The position numbers were made by a program, and so were the translations under genes. The notes under the pieces are model-generated. The model had not been told where the DNA came from. It ran no database searches and saw only the letters and a program-made list of their open reading frames with translations. From assembly GCA_964016885.1 (NCBI GenBank), contig OZ024740.1, positions 440,882,001-440,946,000 on the forward strand: a stretch of 64,000 bases of DNA, given 5' to 3'. Of this stretch, positions 14,951 through 27,500 are shown piece by piece. The stretch is from Eledone cirrhosa (Eukaryota). Numbering within the stretch: the stretch's first letter is position 1; each line of letters opens with the position of its first letter.

Positions 14951-15072
14951 ATAATTGTTTCTACTTTTGATACAAGGCCAGCAATAACCCAGTACATTAC
15001 TGGTACTTTATGTTATCGACCCCGTAAGAATGAAAGCCAAATTTAACCTACGCGGGATTTATAAGTTCAGAT
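14951..15072 (-). mobile_element. 5'-truncated SINE copy
   Basis: ataattgtttctacttttgatacaaggccagcaat...ctggtacttta...atcgaccccgtaagaatgaaag is the reverse complement of the 3' two-thirds of 23515-23700. Confidence 0.85.
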
Positions 15073-15286
15073 TTTGTAAATATCATGTCGCATACATCAC
15101 TCCAACCACCGCCACCAACAGACACATCGCCATACACCCCTCATCTTAGTACCATTGTGTTCTATCTGTCCTCTCTGTCAGGTTTTACCTCTGTCAGGTT
15201 TTACTTGGAGTTACTGTAGGTTCACCGAGTGAGCACTCCATGTTTAGCTTCACTTCAGTGTCGAGGTGTAGAGCTAGACAGTGTAT

Positions 15287-15634
15287 TATAGAGAAAAGAT
15301 AACAAGGACGATTGGTTACTCCTTCATTACATTTATTGGTTGGTGACGCGCGTTTCGCCAGTGATCAACTCGAGATCCGATCTGTATCGATCTAACCCGA
15401 CTCTGTAATCCGCGGCTCGTCAGAACCCCTTGTAATTCTAATGGAAAAATGAAAATCAGGTAATATAATTTTTTTACATTACCATTACAAGGGGTCTAAC
15501 GAACCGTGGATTACAGATTCGAGTTATATCGATACAGATCGAACCTCGAGTTGATCAGTGGCAAAACGCGCGTCACCAACCAATAAACGTAATGAAGGAG
15601 TAACCAATCGTCCTTGTTATTTTATTTCACTATA
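15287..15634. mobile_element. Non-coding fold-back element (~150-bp inverted arms) carrying a hammerhead motif; probable PLE pLTR remnant
   Basis: 15287-15436 is the reverse complement of 15484-15634, with a 47-bp spacer and TA-rich ends. Confidence 0.75.
15338..15429 (-). ncRNA. Minimal type I hammerhead ribozyme motif
   Basis: Minus strand: ggggtt-CTGACGA-gcc...ggc-GAAA-cgcgc-GTC-acc, with palindromic stem III (acgcgcgt) and a GUC cleavage triplet. The plus-arm copy is mutated (CTAACGA, AAAA). Confidence 0.7.
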
Positions 15635-15638
15635 TATA

Positions 15639-15981
15639 TATATCAACTCGAAATTGATTGACATATATATATATATAAAATAAACATATTAAACAGTCAT
15701 ATGGAATAATTTGTAAACTGTGTAAGCACACACAGCTAGGTAGGTAACTAATTAAAGTTTAACTTGAACTTCAAATATAGATACCTTTTAAAATGATTAA
15801 TTTCCTTTGTATATATTTCATTAAATAAAGAAATATATTTCACTATCAATCGGTAAATCACAGTAGTCAAATCGAATTTTCAACAAAGGAGAAGATTTAA
15901 CTATCTGTGTTTACGCAGCAAATGCAAATCTGATTTGCATTTGGTGTGCAAACACAGATAGTTAAATTTCGAGTTGATATA
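15639..15981. mobile_element. MITE-like segment with 17-bp terminal inverted repeats and an internal 73-bp palindrome
   Basis: tatatcaactcgaaatt (15639-15655) pairs with aatttcgagttgatata (15965-15981). A near-perfect hairpin spans 15895-15967. Confidence 0.5.
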
Positions 15982-16128
15982 AAATGCTCGGATATAATCA
16001 TTGGAATCTTTGAGCATATTCTACAGTGGATATGGTACATGTCTCTCAGACATGACACCCTATGCTAGCAAATATATATGTTTTGTCTTAGTAACTTTGT
16101 GGTTCAATGCAAGGGGATGCAGAACAAT

Positions 16129-16538
16129 AATATGAAAGACGTAATATAAGAAAATTATAAAAATTAACTTACTTACTAAAATTTCACTCCAACTAATTAG
16201 TTTCTGAAAGGGAATAAACATGGTTTCCGAAGAAACGCACTGAGAAATCCTTTCGTCCTTTTTGCCACCGACCGAGTAGGCAGTGATTTTTTCAATGTCT
16301 TGGAACTTAGTCCACGCTTTGCTTTTTTCCATCCACTGAATTATTTTTGTGTAAGTTCCCTGTGTCCACGCATTGCCTGGAAACTTAGCTGAGAATAGAC
16401 TTCCCTGATGACGAAAGGATTTCTCCGTGCGTTTCTTCGGAAACCAAGTTTATTCCCTTTCAGAAACTAATTAGTTGGAGTGAAATTTTAGTAATTAAGT
16501 TAATTTTTATAATTTTCTTATTTTACGTCTTTCATATA
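16129..16538. mobile_element. Non-coding fold-back element (~128-bp arms) with a degenerate hammerhead core
   Basis: 16129-16257 is the reverse complement of 16410-16538. CTGATGA (16405) is followed by cgaa...ttcg and GAAA (16440). Confidence 0.7.
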
Positions 16539-17134
16539 TATATATTGGAAAATGTGTGTAATCCTTGGTACAGTTAGGTATATTAAGACAGGGGGGAAGA
16601 AAAAATGGCTTCACTTGTGCTTTCAACAAATTTATTTTCTTCACAAAATCCAAAAAGAATTTTTTTCCGGATTAGAAAAAATTTTTTTTATTAAAAAAAA
16701 TTATTTTATAAATTAAGTTAGGTCTTAGGAGTTCTTGGTTAACGTAGGAAGTATTGTTTCGTTTTTAGAACGACCTTTCACGCTGAGGTGCGCTTGTCAA
16801 ACTGATGTGTATGTGGTGTGTTGTTCTATATATAGGGATTTAACATGTCTGTGGTGTGGTGGGGGTTGTTTTCTCCCCCTTTTAATAAGTGTATGGGTGT
16901 AGGTGTGTTGAAAAAGTGTTAATAGCAATAATGAGTTGAGACGGTGAGTAGGGTTGGGTGGGGAGAAATGTAGCAAGTGCGGCCTGCCCCGGTCATTCTC
17001 GAAAAATTCCTTTATTCAGGGGATTCCTTTGTGTTGAGAATGGTCACAGGCAAACCGCACCTGCCAAGTTTGTAAACAATTATATTTTTCCTGAAGAATG
17101 TTTCTACGTCCATCCCAAAATTAGTCCTTTGTTC

Positions 17135-17311
17135 AACACACACATATGTGCGTATATACGTACATACACACACGGGCATATGTAGGAATATATAGGCACA
17201 CACCATCAGTCACACACCCATGTACATATACATCCACATGGGTATATATATATATACATACATACATATACACACATAAAGATACATAACTAAATATACA
17301 TATATACCCAT

Positions 17312-17372
<61 letters not shown>

Positions 17373-17481
17373 TATGTCCGTATATATGCCTCCGTTCACA
17401 CATACATGCATACACACACACACATATACACACATACATATATATACATATATATATAGAGAGAGAGGCATACACACACAG

Positions 17482-17552
<71 letters not shown>

Positions 17553-17753
17553 CATATATAGATACATATATGTACACATAAACACATACAGACACATACA
17601 CACATATACATACATATACACATATACATCTATCAATATACATATACACACATATATATATATATATATATACATATATATACATACATACACATACACA
17701 TACACATACACATACAAGTACATACATACACACATACATATATACACATACAT

Positions 17754-17786
<33 letters not shown>

Positions 17787-17879
17787 ACGAAGGAAATGTG
17801 GTGGACCATAACGCACCAAAGTACTCAATACTTAGGGTAGTAGAGTGGGTAATATATATATACATACACACACATACAT

Positions 17880-17935
<56 letters not shown>

Positions 17936-17961
17936 ACACACACGCACATAAAGACACATAT

Positions 17962-18006
<45 letters not shown>

Positions 18007-18153
18007 TATACATACATCTACATACATACATACATATACACATACAGAAACATACACATATGTACACACATATATACATATATGCACATACATACACACA
18101 CACACATATATATAGATACATACATATACATACACACACATATAAACATATAT

Positions 18154-18203
<50 letters not shown>

Positions 18204-18265
18204 ATATATATACACAAACATACACATACATACATATATACATATATACATATATATACACACAT

Positions 18266-18356
<91 letters not shown>

Positions 18357-18470
18357 TACAAACATACACAGATCCATACATATACATACACACACACATA
18401 CACACCCCCACATACATATATACCCACACGTACATACATCCATACATACCTACACACATATATGTGTGTG
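17135..18470. repeat. Compound (TA)n/(CA)n/(TACA)n microsatellite region; ~17890-18470 is also the left inverted arm of PLE-A
   Basis: Direct reading, plus reverse-complement matches at 18870-19180, 23917-24080 and 28508-28615. Confidence 0.9.
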
Positions 18471-18989
18471 TCTCACCGTTCACTCAGATATTCATGTGTA
18501 CACATAAGAAGGGGGGGGGTAGTGAAATGGAATTTTACCTCCGAGTGTTAATTCATTTTTTCGTGTTCAGTAGTGGTTTAAAATGATAGAGTCCGGGTAC
18601 ATAAACAACAGATTAAAGACCCCACAGTCAGAAATACCACATGTAGCGCATACTTTGCATCATGCGGGAAGGGAAAATTCACAATCTTCCCTTTCTTCAA
18701 GATATGGTCGCATAACGAACATTTCCGCAGATATAAAGAAGAATTCTTCATTGAAAAATTTAAACCACTAATGAACACGAAAATATGAATTAACACTCGG
18801 AGGTAAAATTCCATTTCACTACCTCACCCCCCTCTTTTTATGTGTACACATGAATATCTGAGTGAACGGTGAGACACACACATATATGTGTGTAGGTATG
18901 TATGGATGTATGTACGTGTGGGTATATATGTATGTGGGTGTGTGTATGTGTGTGTGTATATATATGTATGGATGTGTGTATGTTTGTGA

Positions 18990-19041
<52 letters not shown>

Positions 19042-19096
19042 ATGTGTGTATATATATATGTATATATGTATATATGTATGTATGTGTATGTTTGTG

Positions 19097-19180
<84 letters not shown>
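17890..19180. mobile_element. PLE-A: heavily 5'-truncated Penelope-like element with an inverted 3' duplication; the right arm continues at 23917-24080 and 28508-28615
   Basis: The unique sequence at 18470-18582 is the reverse complement of 18759-18875, and the spacer encodes a GIY-YIG C-terminus. Confidence 0.8.
18582..18788 (+). pseudogene. C-terminal half of a PLE GIY-YIG endonuclease (ATG-less frame absent from the ORF track)
   Basis: Manual translation [68 protein letters not shown] aligns by eye with 30791-31000 (RMTVHRSQIK...FRIFPLYK...RISKESYFINKYGPRLN). Confidence 0.85.
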
Positions 19181-19183
<3 letters not shown>

Positions 19184-19697
19184 TTATACTTGGGGAGGGT
19201 CATATTTGTGTAATATTGCCAGAATTAATAACAGAACACACTCACTGTTTGGTTGGTTTTCGCTTCTCGCTGTCTTTTATATCTGCGATCTAACTTACTC
19301 GGTCCTCAATGTTGCCATTGACTGACCGACGGTCAAAAATAATACAGATACAATATAGACACAAACACATATATATAGTTTACATAATTTACATAAATCT
19401 TTCGTTGCACATCTGCAACATCGTCAGTGGTGTTATATTTTTTTCCTCCTGTTGTGTTGTATGTCTACGCCATTTTTTATTCTGTCTGTCTATATATTTA
19501 ATTATTTGCTTGTTTGTTTATTTTATTTTGTCTTCTTTGAGCATGCGTTTGCGTGTGTGTATAGTGTTATGTTTGCTGTGTGACTAGTGTGTATAGTGTT
19601 GTGTCTGCTGGGTGACTAGTGTGTGTTTATGTGCTTGTTGTTATTGTGCTTGTGTATGTATTTATTTATTTTATTTTATTTTATTTCATTTACTTAT

Positions 19698-22244
19698 TTA
19701 TACTTCTCTTAGGTCAGTGTTGTTTGTTTGGGTGTTGTTGTTGTTCCACTCATTCTTTCTGTTCAGCTTTGGTCTTCTAATTTCTATTTCACTGGCCTCT
19801 TTGATTTGCCTATCTGCTGGGTCATTCCTATGTTTAGATATTATTCTAATTTCTATGTTGTCTATGTTACCGTCATGTTGTTGTCTAGCATGTTCGTATA
19901 GTACTGACCCGTTTTTTCGTCCTTTTAGTTCCCCCCAGTGTTGGTCTATCCTTTCACCTATGCTACAAGCTGTCTCACCTATGTATGTTGTTGTCATGTT
20001 TCTGCAAGTACCCTCTGTACATCTTATGCTATAGACTACGTTTCTAGTTTTACAGTTTATCCGGGGGTTCACCTTACATATGATACATTTCCTATTGGTA
20101 CAGTGGGTTTTCTTAAAAGGGTAGGTTTTGCTGATCAGGGATTTTATGTTGGTTCCTGGCTTTTCTACCACCTTTATTTTTAAGTGGGTCTTTCTCAGGG
20201 CCTTTCTACACTGGTTAGCTAATTTCCCTCCAGGGGTGGCGTCCACAAACATGACACTCTGATATCTCTGGTTGTCGTACCATGATGTGGCCTTCCCTAT
20301 CTTATGTCTAGCCCTATCTAAGCTATTCCATGATTTGCTCCTGTATAATGGGCAAATTCCTTTCATGTCCAGTTCTATGAGGGTCTTATACTTTTCCATG
20401 GCTCCTTCGTATACTCTGACTCTGTCTCTTTGGTTGTAGCCAGAGAACTGCATGCGGTTGATGAAGTGTTGGATGTGTCTTTCCATTTCTGTTGGGTCGC
20501 ACATGCTGGACACATTCTTCATCACTCGTACCAAATCTGCGATCAGAATATTAAACTTAGCACTACTGGACATTGCTGAGTTTTTGAGTATCAGGTATTT
20601 GGAGGCCATGGGTTTAGCATAGTGTGAGTGGAGAATTTGGGCTCTCTCGTCTATAGTGTTAATCCAGAGTTCTGTGTCTAATACAGGTTGTCTATTGTTA
20701 GGGTGTTTGGAAGGGAAGTCGATAGTTACAGTTATACTCTGGTGTATGGAATTAGCTATCTGCTGGATGCTTTCCATCGTGCTACGTTCTAAATCAAACT
20801 TGTTAGTGCTCTCTAGTGGGGGTGTTCTTATAACTATATTGATATCGTCTACATAACGAGAGTACATGATGAGGTCTATGGAGCTTTCATTAAGGAGATC
20901 TTTAAGTCTCCTTTCCCACCATACCATGAAAAGGTTGGCAACATCACCAGCTATGCTGACGCTGATGGCTGCTCCCTCATTTTGGGTGTAGATTTTCTCA
21001 TTGAACTTAAATATGTGGCCCTTTAGGGTAGTTTTGATACTAGCCCCTATTGCATGTGCGACCATTTTTCTTACCTGATCATTGTTTTGGGGGGTCCGTA
21101 TAGCTTTGGTCCACCCTCCACCCAATCCACCTTCCCATGGGAGTCTTTTTTGCCATTGAGGTTATGGTGGGGGGTCTACCTCTTATAGGTCTACTAGGGC
21201 AGAAACATCTAAGGTCATGGCTGTCTAGGTAGTCAGTGTCGTAGGTAAGTCTAAGTAGGAGGCCCAGTTCGTCTGTGTCGACGTCGCAGAACTCCACCTC
21301 ACTCTCAATGATCATCTCCACACATCTTTTCACAGCAAAATCAATGTTAATGGATGGGTACAGTGACACCACATCCATGCTGCCTATTATGCAGTTGGAT
21401 AGGCTCCTGTTTTTGTTGCACTCACTGATTCTGCTGAGGAGGTCCTCTGTACTTTCACATACATCTGGGGACATCTTGATTATGGGGCGTATAACCATTG
21501 AGAGGAAGTAGGAGATCCTGTAGTTGCTAGCTATATTAGCTCCGCATACGGGTCTTGTTGGTGGTCCTGTCGTCGGGTCGTCGACTGTCTTGTGGTCTTT
21601 GCGGAGCCCATACAAGGGTGGTATGCCATTGTTAGACGCCTGGAAGTTGTTGGCAGTGCGTCTGCTTGGCTTTAGGATGTCAGTCCACATCATCATGTGA
21701 GCGTTGAGGATTTTTTCTCTCCCATCGTGTGTTTGTTGTGCAACTTCGCTCGTGTTGGTGATGTGGGGTTGCATAGCCTCGATGTAGTTCGGCATGCTAT
21801 CTATTGACATCCTACCAGACTTATCTGTGGGTAGACACACTACCTCACCATCCCTTGTGCGCTGCTTGAGGCTAACCAAGCCTTCTACAGGTTTCCTCCC
21901 AAGTTGTTGGGCCTCTGGTCTGCTCTTTCTCTTAGTATACCTGTCTACTACTTGTCTAATCTTATTTCTAGCTATGGTGAACTGTGCCTCTGTCTCGTCA
22001 TCTATTTGGCTGTGGTATGCAAACTCTTTTATTAAAGGGTAACCTCGTAGGATAGATATTACCCATCTTATACGTTTTGTCAACTGGGTTGAAAAATAGT
22101 TTCTCTAAGGGGTTGTCATTACATCTATCGTCATAGTTGTGTGTGTTGCTATTGTTGTTATCAGGGTGGTTGTTGTTGTTTCTATCATTAGCATTATTAT
22201 TATTGTTATGATTGCTAGATGTATTGTCGTTTACTTCACCGTTA
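19698..22244 (-). pseudogene. PLE RT plus Cys linker plus GIY-YIG ORF, frameshifted near 22010 and 21120
   Basis: Motifs LYGLRKDHK, PTRPV, SMDVVSLYPSI, QNEGAAI, RYVDDI, CxxxxCxxC..C, VVY..C....C.....YIGET, and terminal EASEI...PKLN. Confidence 0.92.
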
Positions 22245-23141
22245 CTGATACTCAAAAACTCAGCAATGTCCAGTAGTGCTAAGTTTAATATTCTGATCGC
22301 AGATTTGGTACGAGTGATGAAGAATGTGTCCAGCATGTGCGACCCAACAGAAATGGAAAGACACATCCAACACTTCATCAACCGCATGCAGTTCTCTGGC
22401 TACAACCAAAGAGACAGAGTCAGAGTATACGAAGGAGCCATGGAAAAGTATAAGACCCTCATAGAACTGGACATGAAAGGAATTTGCCCATTATACAGGA
22501 GCAAATCATGGAATAGCTTAGATAGGGCTAGACATAAGATAGGGAAGGCCACATCATGGTACGACAACCAGAGATATTAGAGTGTCATGTTTGTGGACGC
22601 CACCCCTGGAGGGAAATTAGCTAACCAGTGTAGAAAGGCCCTGAGAAAGACCCACTTAAAAATAAAGGTGGTAGAAAAGCCAGGAACCACCATAAAATCC
22701 CTGATCAGCAAAACCTACCCTTTTAAGAAAACCCACTGTACCAATAGGAAATGTATCATATGTAAGGTGAACCCCCGGATAAACTGTAAAACTAGAAACG
22801 TAGTCTATAGCATAAGATGTACAGAGGGTACTTGCAGAAACATGACAACAACATACATAGGTGAGACAGCTCGTAGCATAGGTGAAAGGATAGACCAACA
22901 CTGGGGGGAACTAAAAGGACGAAAAACCGGGTCAGTACTATACGAACATGCTAGACAACAACATGACGGTAACATAGACAACATAGAAATTAGAATAATA
23001 TCTAAACATAGGAATGACCCAGCAGATAGGCAAATCAAAGAGGCCAGTGAAATAGAAATTAGAAGACCAAAGCTGAACAGAAAGAATGAGTGGAACAACA
23101 ACAACACCCAAACAAACAACACTGACCTAAGAGAAGTATAA
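22245..23141 (+). pseudogene. Inverted duplicate of the PLE-B thumb and GIY-YIG region, with an in-frame stop at 22578
   Basis: ORFs 22212-22580 and 22587-23141 match the C-terminus of 19698-21125 except Q>*, N>T, C>R and N>T. Confidence 0.92.
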
Positions 23142-23405
23142 ATAAGTAAATGAAATAAAATAAAATAAAATAAATAAATACATACACAAGCACAATAACA
23201 ACAAGCACATAAACACACACTAGTCACCCAGCAGACACAACACTATACACACTAGTCACACAGCAAACATAACAATATACACACACGCAAACGCATGCTC
23301 AAAGAAGACAAAATAAAATAAACAAACAAGCAAATAAATAAATATATAGACAGACTGAATAAAAAATGGCGTAGACATACAACACAACAGGAGGAAAATA
23401 ATATA

Positions 23406-23450
23406 ACACCACTGACGATGTTGCAGATGTGCAACGAAAGATTTATGTAA
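23406..23450 (+). ncRNA. Minimal hammerhead-like motif in the PLE-B 3' UTR (mirror copy on the minus strand at ~19389-19433)
   Basis: ca-CTGACGA-t-gttgca-gatg-tgcaac-GAAA-gatt-TA-tg: perfect 6-bp stem II and a quasi-palindromic stem III, but stem I is only ~2 bp. Confidence 0.6.
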
Positions 23451-23514
23451 ATTATGTAAACTATATATATGTGTTTGTGTCTATATTGTATCTGTATTAT
23501 TTTTGACCGTCGGT

Positions 23515-23695
23515 GGATTGGCAGTGTCGGTAGAGAGTCGGACGCCATTCTTTGCAGCAAAGAGTTACGGCCCTTTATGATCTGAGTTCAAATCCCGCCG
23601 AGGTTAACTTTGCCTTTCATCCTTATGGGGTCGATAAAATAAAGTACCAGTCATGCACTGGGATAATTGCTGGCCTTGTGCCAAAAGTAGAAACA
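23515..23695 (+). mobile_element. Near full-length tRNA-derived SINE with a 19-bp target-site duplication
   Basis: A box TGGCAGTGTCGG and B box GAGTTCAAATCCC. TSD attatttttgaccgtcggt at 23496-23514 and 23696-23714. The insertion is absent from the mirror arm (~19325-19343). Confidence 0.92.
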
Positions 23696-24570
23696 ATTAT
23701 TTTTGACCGTCGGTCAGTCAATGGCAACATTGAGGACCGAGTAAGTTAGATCGCAGATATAAAAGACAGCGAGAAGCGAAAACCAACCAAACAGTGAGTG
23801 TGTTCTGTTATTAATTCTGGCAATATTACACAAATATGACCCTCCCCAAGTATAACAATATTTGTTTCGACACACGATTTCATATAAAAAACCTCGCTAA
23901 ACTAATTCATCGCCGCTATATATATATGGATATATGTTTATATGTGTGTGTTTGTATATGTATGTATCTATATATGTGTGTGTGTGTGTATGTATGTGCA
24001 TATATGTATATATGTGTGTACATACGTGTATGTTTCTGTATGTATATATGTATGTATGTAGATGTATGTATATATATGTACATAGCGTGTGTGTGTGTTT
24101 GTTTGTATCTATGAGTGTTGCTGTGTGCGCGCATATGTATGCGTGTGTGTGTATGTCGTACGTATAAGTGTCAATAAGTGAGTTTTTTTTTTTTTTCTTT
24201 TTTTGCGCGGGGACATAGAAATAATCGGGCTGGATGCCCAATCGCGCAGTTAAACCACTGGGAGTGAAGAACCCCTAGCCCTTGTCAGGGCATTCTTCTA
24301 GGAGAAGGCATCTCAGGAAACTGGGTTAACTCCGATATAAAACCTGCGGCTCAGTAGTTACCGATGATGTTGATCTTTTCTTCTTTTCGGGTTATAGCTA
24401 CTGTCGCTCAGAGAGTGGGATTGGCTCAGTGCACAGTCTTTCCTCACTTTAAAAATATTCGTCACGCACAGGCATTGCACGAGTGCATTAATAATTATTA
24501 ATAGTGTACTATTATTATTATTATTATTATTATTACTAGTATTATTACTTTTTTTTTTTTTTCCAATTCA

Positions 24571-27500
24571 ATGATGTTCCAGAACAATATAAAAGAGATA
24601 ATTGGCAATTTAGGTTCTGGAACAAAAAAGATCATTGGCAATAAGGGCAGGGGCCCCAAGTTATCACAGCCTGGGCCCGCTCGTCATCGTGCCATTGTAA
24701 TAGAGCCAAACAGGGCATTTAGTCTTAGCAGCTGCAACGTACGGACGCTGCTTGACAGGGATTCCTTGGAGCGTCCTGAACGAAGGACCGCTCTTGTTGC
24801 AAAGGAGCTTCGACGTTACGATCTTGACATCGTGGCTTTATCTGAGACGAGGTTAGCTGGAGATGGTCATCTTACGGAATTTTGTGGAGAATATACATTC
24901 TTCTGGAAAGGAAGAGATGAAGGAACCAGAAGAGAGGCTGGGGTAGGATTTGCTGTTAAGACTGTACTTGTGAATAAAGTAGAAGAATTCCCAGTAGGGA
25001 TTAGTGAGCGTCTTATGTCCATGAGAGTTCCGCTGGACAAGGAAAGATATGCTACCCTGGTGAGTGTGTATGCTCCAACTATGAATTCTGTCGATGAAGA
25101 AAAACTGTCCTTTTACCATGCCTTGAAAGGTGTTCTAAGAAATATCCCTCAGGCAGACAAAGTCATCGTGCTTGGTGACTTTAATGCTAGAGTGGGTAGC
25201 GATTTTAACACATGGAATGTAATCGCAAGGCATGGGGTGGGAAAGTGTAACAGCAATGGTATGCTCCTGCTGCAGATGTGTGAGGAGCTGGATCTGTGTG
25301 TTACCAACACCATGTTCCAACAAAAGAACAAATTCAAGACCACATGGATGCATCCTGCATCTAAGGAATGGCATCTTTTGGACTACGTCCTAGTCAGGAT
25401 GCGTGACAGACAGGATGTGCAGTGTGTTCGTGTTCTTCGTGGAGCTGAGTGCTGGACGGACCACCGCCTGGTACGCGCAAAAGTGAAACTAATCACAAAA
25501 CGTAAAATCCGGGCTCCTGGTTTTGCCCTGCCCAAAAGATTGAATGCTGCTTGTCTTAAGGATAAAAATGTGAAGAGGACATTGGAAGAAGAGATGCAGG
25601 CTGCAGATCTTGGTGAGGATTGGCCGACCCTTAAAAAGTCGGTTTATGATGTAGGCAGGCGTGTTCTGGGATTGGTGCAGAGAAAACATCAGGACTGGTT
25701 TAATGATAATGAAGTACATATAGAAGACTTGTTGGCTGATAAGAGGCGTGCTCTATCACGCTACTTGACGGCAAAGCAACAGGAGAGGAATACGTTGCAT
25801 GAGGAGCTAAGTGATGTAAAATCACGTGTTAGGCGGAGTCTTTCTCAGATGAAGGATCAGTGGTGGAGTGAGAAGGCTGGTGAGAAACAAACTGCGTCTG
25901 ATTCCAATAACGCAAAGCTGTTGTACAGTCTCTTGAGTGAGGTTTATGGACCGTCTTCTTCTCTGGTGACACCGCTTCGCAGCAAGGATGGCAAAGAACT
26001 TCTTCGTGACTCACAGGGAATTCTACGAAGGTGGCGAAAGCACTTTGATGATCTTTTGAATTAGCCGTCTGTCGTCAGTGAAGATTTCCTCAATCTCATT
26101 CCAGAAAGTCCTGTGAAAGTAGCTCTCGCAGAACCTCCGACGCTTGTGGAGGTTGAAGTGGCTATTTCGAAGCTGAAAAATGGAAGATCTCCAGGTATGG
26201 ATGGCATACATGCTGAGCTCCTACAATATGGTGGTGAGAGACTCCTGCAACATCTTCACTCTTTGTTTGGAAGGATATGGGCTAACGAATCCGTACCGGA
26301 GGACTGGAGAGATGCAGTAATGGTGGTCTTGTACAAGGGAAAGGGTAACAGGAATGATTGTTCGAACTACAGAGATATATCATTGCTTTCTGTCGTAGGG
26401 AAAGTTTTATGTAGGGTGCTTCTGGACCGTCTGCTGACACATTGCAGATTGTGTTCTTCCTGAAAGTCAATCTGGTTTTCGTGCTGGACGCGGCACTACT
26501 GATATGATCTTCTCAGTTAGACAGCTCCAGGAGAAGTGCATGGAACAAGGCTTGGATCTGTATCAGGTTTTTGTCGATCTGACAAAGGCTTTCGATATTG
26601 TCAACAGAGATGCATTATGGAAGGTTCTCCAGAAACTTGGTTTCCCTGATAAGTTCCTTGCTTTAGTTAGGTCTTTCCATGACGACATGAAGGCTTGGGT
26701 TAATGTCGGAGGTAACATGTCGGAGCCTATCTCAGTAAAAAATGGAGTGAAACAGGGGGATATTCCAGCACCGAGCCTGTTTGCCATATACTTTGCAATG
26801 GTTTTCTGTATTGAATTCAGGAATTGCGAGCATGGCGTTTACATCCGATAGCGAACCTCAGGCAGCATATTTAACATCAGGCGCTTTGCTGCGAAGACAA
26901 AGGTATTTACATCAATCATAAGAGACCTCTTGTATGCAGATAATTGCGATCTTGTAGCGCACACAGAGAGTGATATGCAGCACATTTTGAATGCATTTTC
27001 TGACGCTTGCACTGCCCTGGGTTTGACTGTCAGTCTCAAGAAAACCGTCGTCATGTACCAACCTGCCCCTGGTAAGCAGTACACTGAACCAAACATCTAT
27101 GTGTATGGCAAACAACTTGGAGTGGTTGATCAGTTTGTCTACCTGGGAAGCACTGTCAATCGATACGGCAACCTTGACAGTGAAATCTCACTTAGGATTA
27201 GGAAAGCAAGTGATGCTTTCGGAAAGCTAGAAAGGCGACTCTGGGGTCGGCGAGACATATGCAGGAGGACAAAGGTAAAGGTGTACAGGGCATGTGTACT
27301 CTCTTGTCTTCTTTATGCCTGCGAGATCTGGGTCACATATCGACACAACCTTAAGCAATTGGAGCGTTTCCATCAGATGTGTCTCAGACGGATCCATGGC
27401 GTTCACTGGAGGGACACATCAGTGATGTCGAGATTTTGGAAAGCTCTATGTGTGACAGTATAGAAGCTCTTGTGCTTAAGCAACGACTCCGTTGGAGTGG

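Larger units (their letters stand above)
19183..23916. mobile_element. PLE-B: Penelope-like retroelement, 5'-truncated, with ~1.4-kb inverted arms (19183-20594 and 22245-23857), inserted in (TA)n
   Basis: Near-identical ORF translations appear on opposite strands (19698-20594 minus, 22245-23141 plus), along with matching UTRs. Confidence 0.93.

Noticed and set aside
16545-17135. Possible decayed PLE 3' end on the minus strand, and a CTGAAGA at ~17091
   Set aside because: There is no convincing protein motif, and no GAAA or stems follow the CTGAAGA.
18855-18885. ctgagtgaacggtgagac as a hammerhead in the PLE-A UTR
   Set aside because: The core spacing is non-canonical and there is no stem II or GAAA.
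17133-19325. YI/CV/HT-rich ORFs
   Set aside because: These are translations of (TA)n/(CA)n microsatellites; the same applies at 23.8-24.2, 28.1-28.7, 30.0-30.7 and 33.6-34.4 kb.
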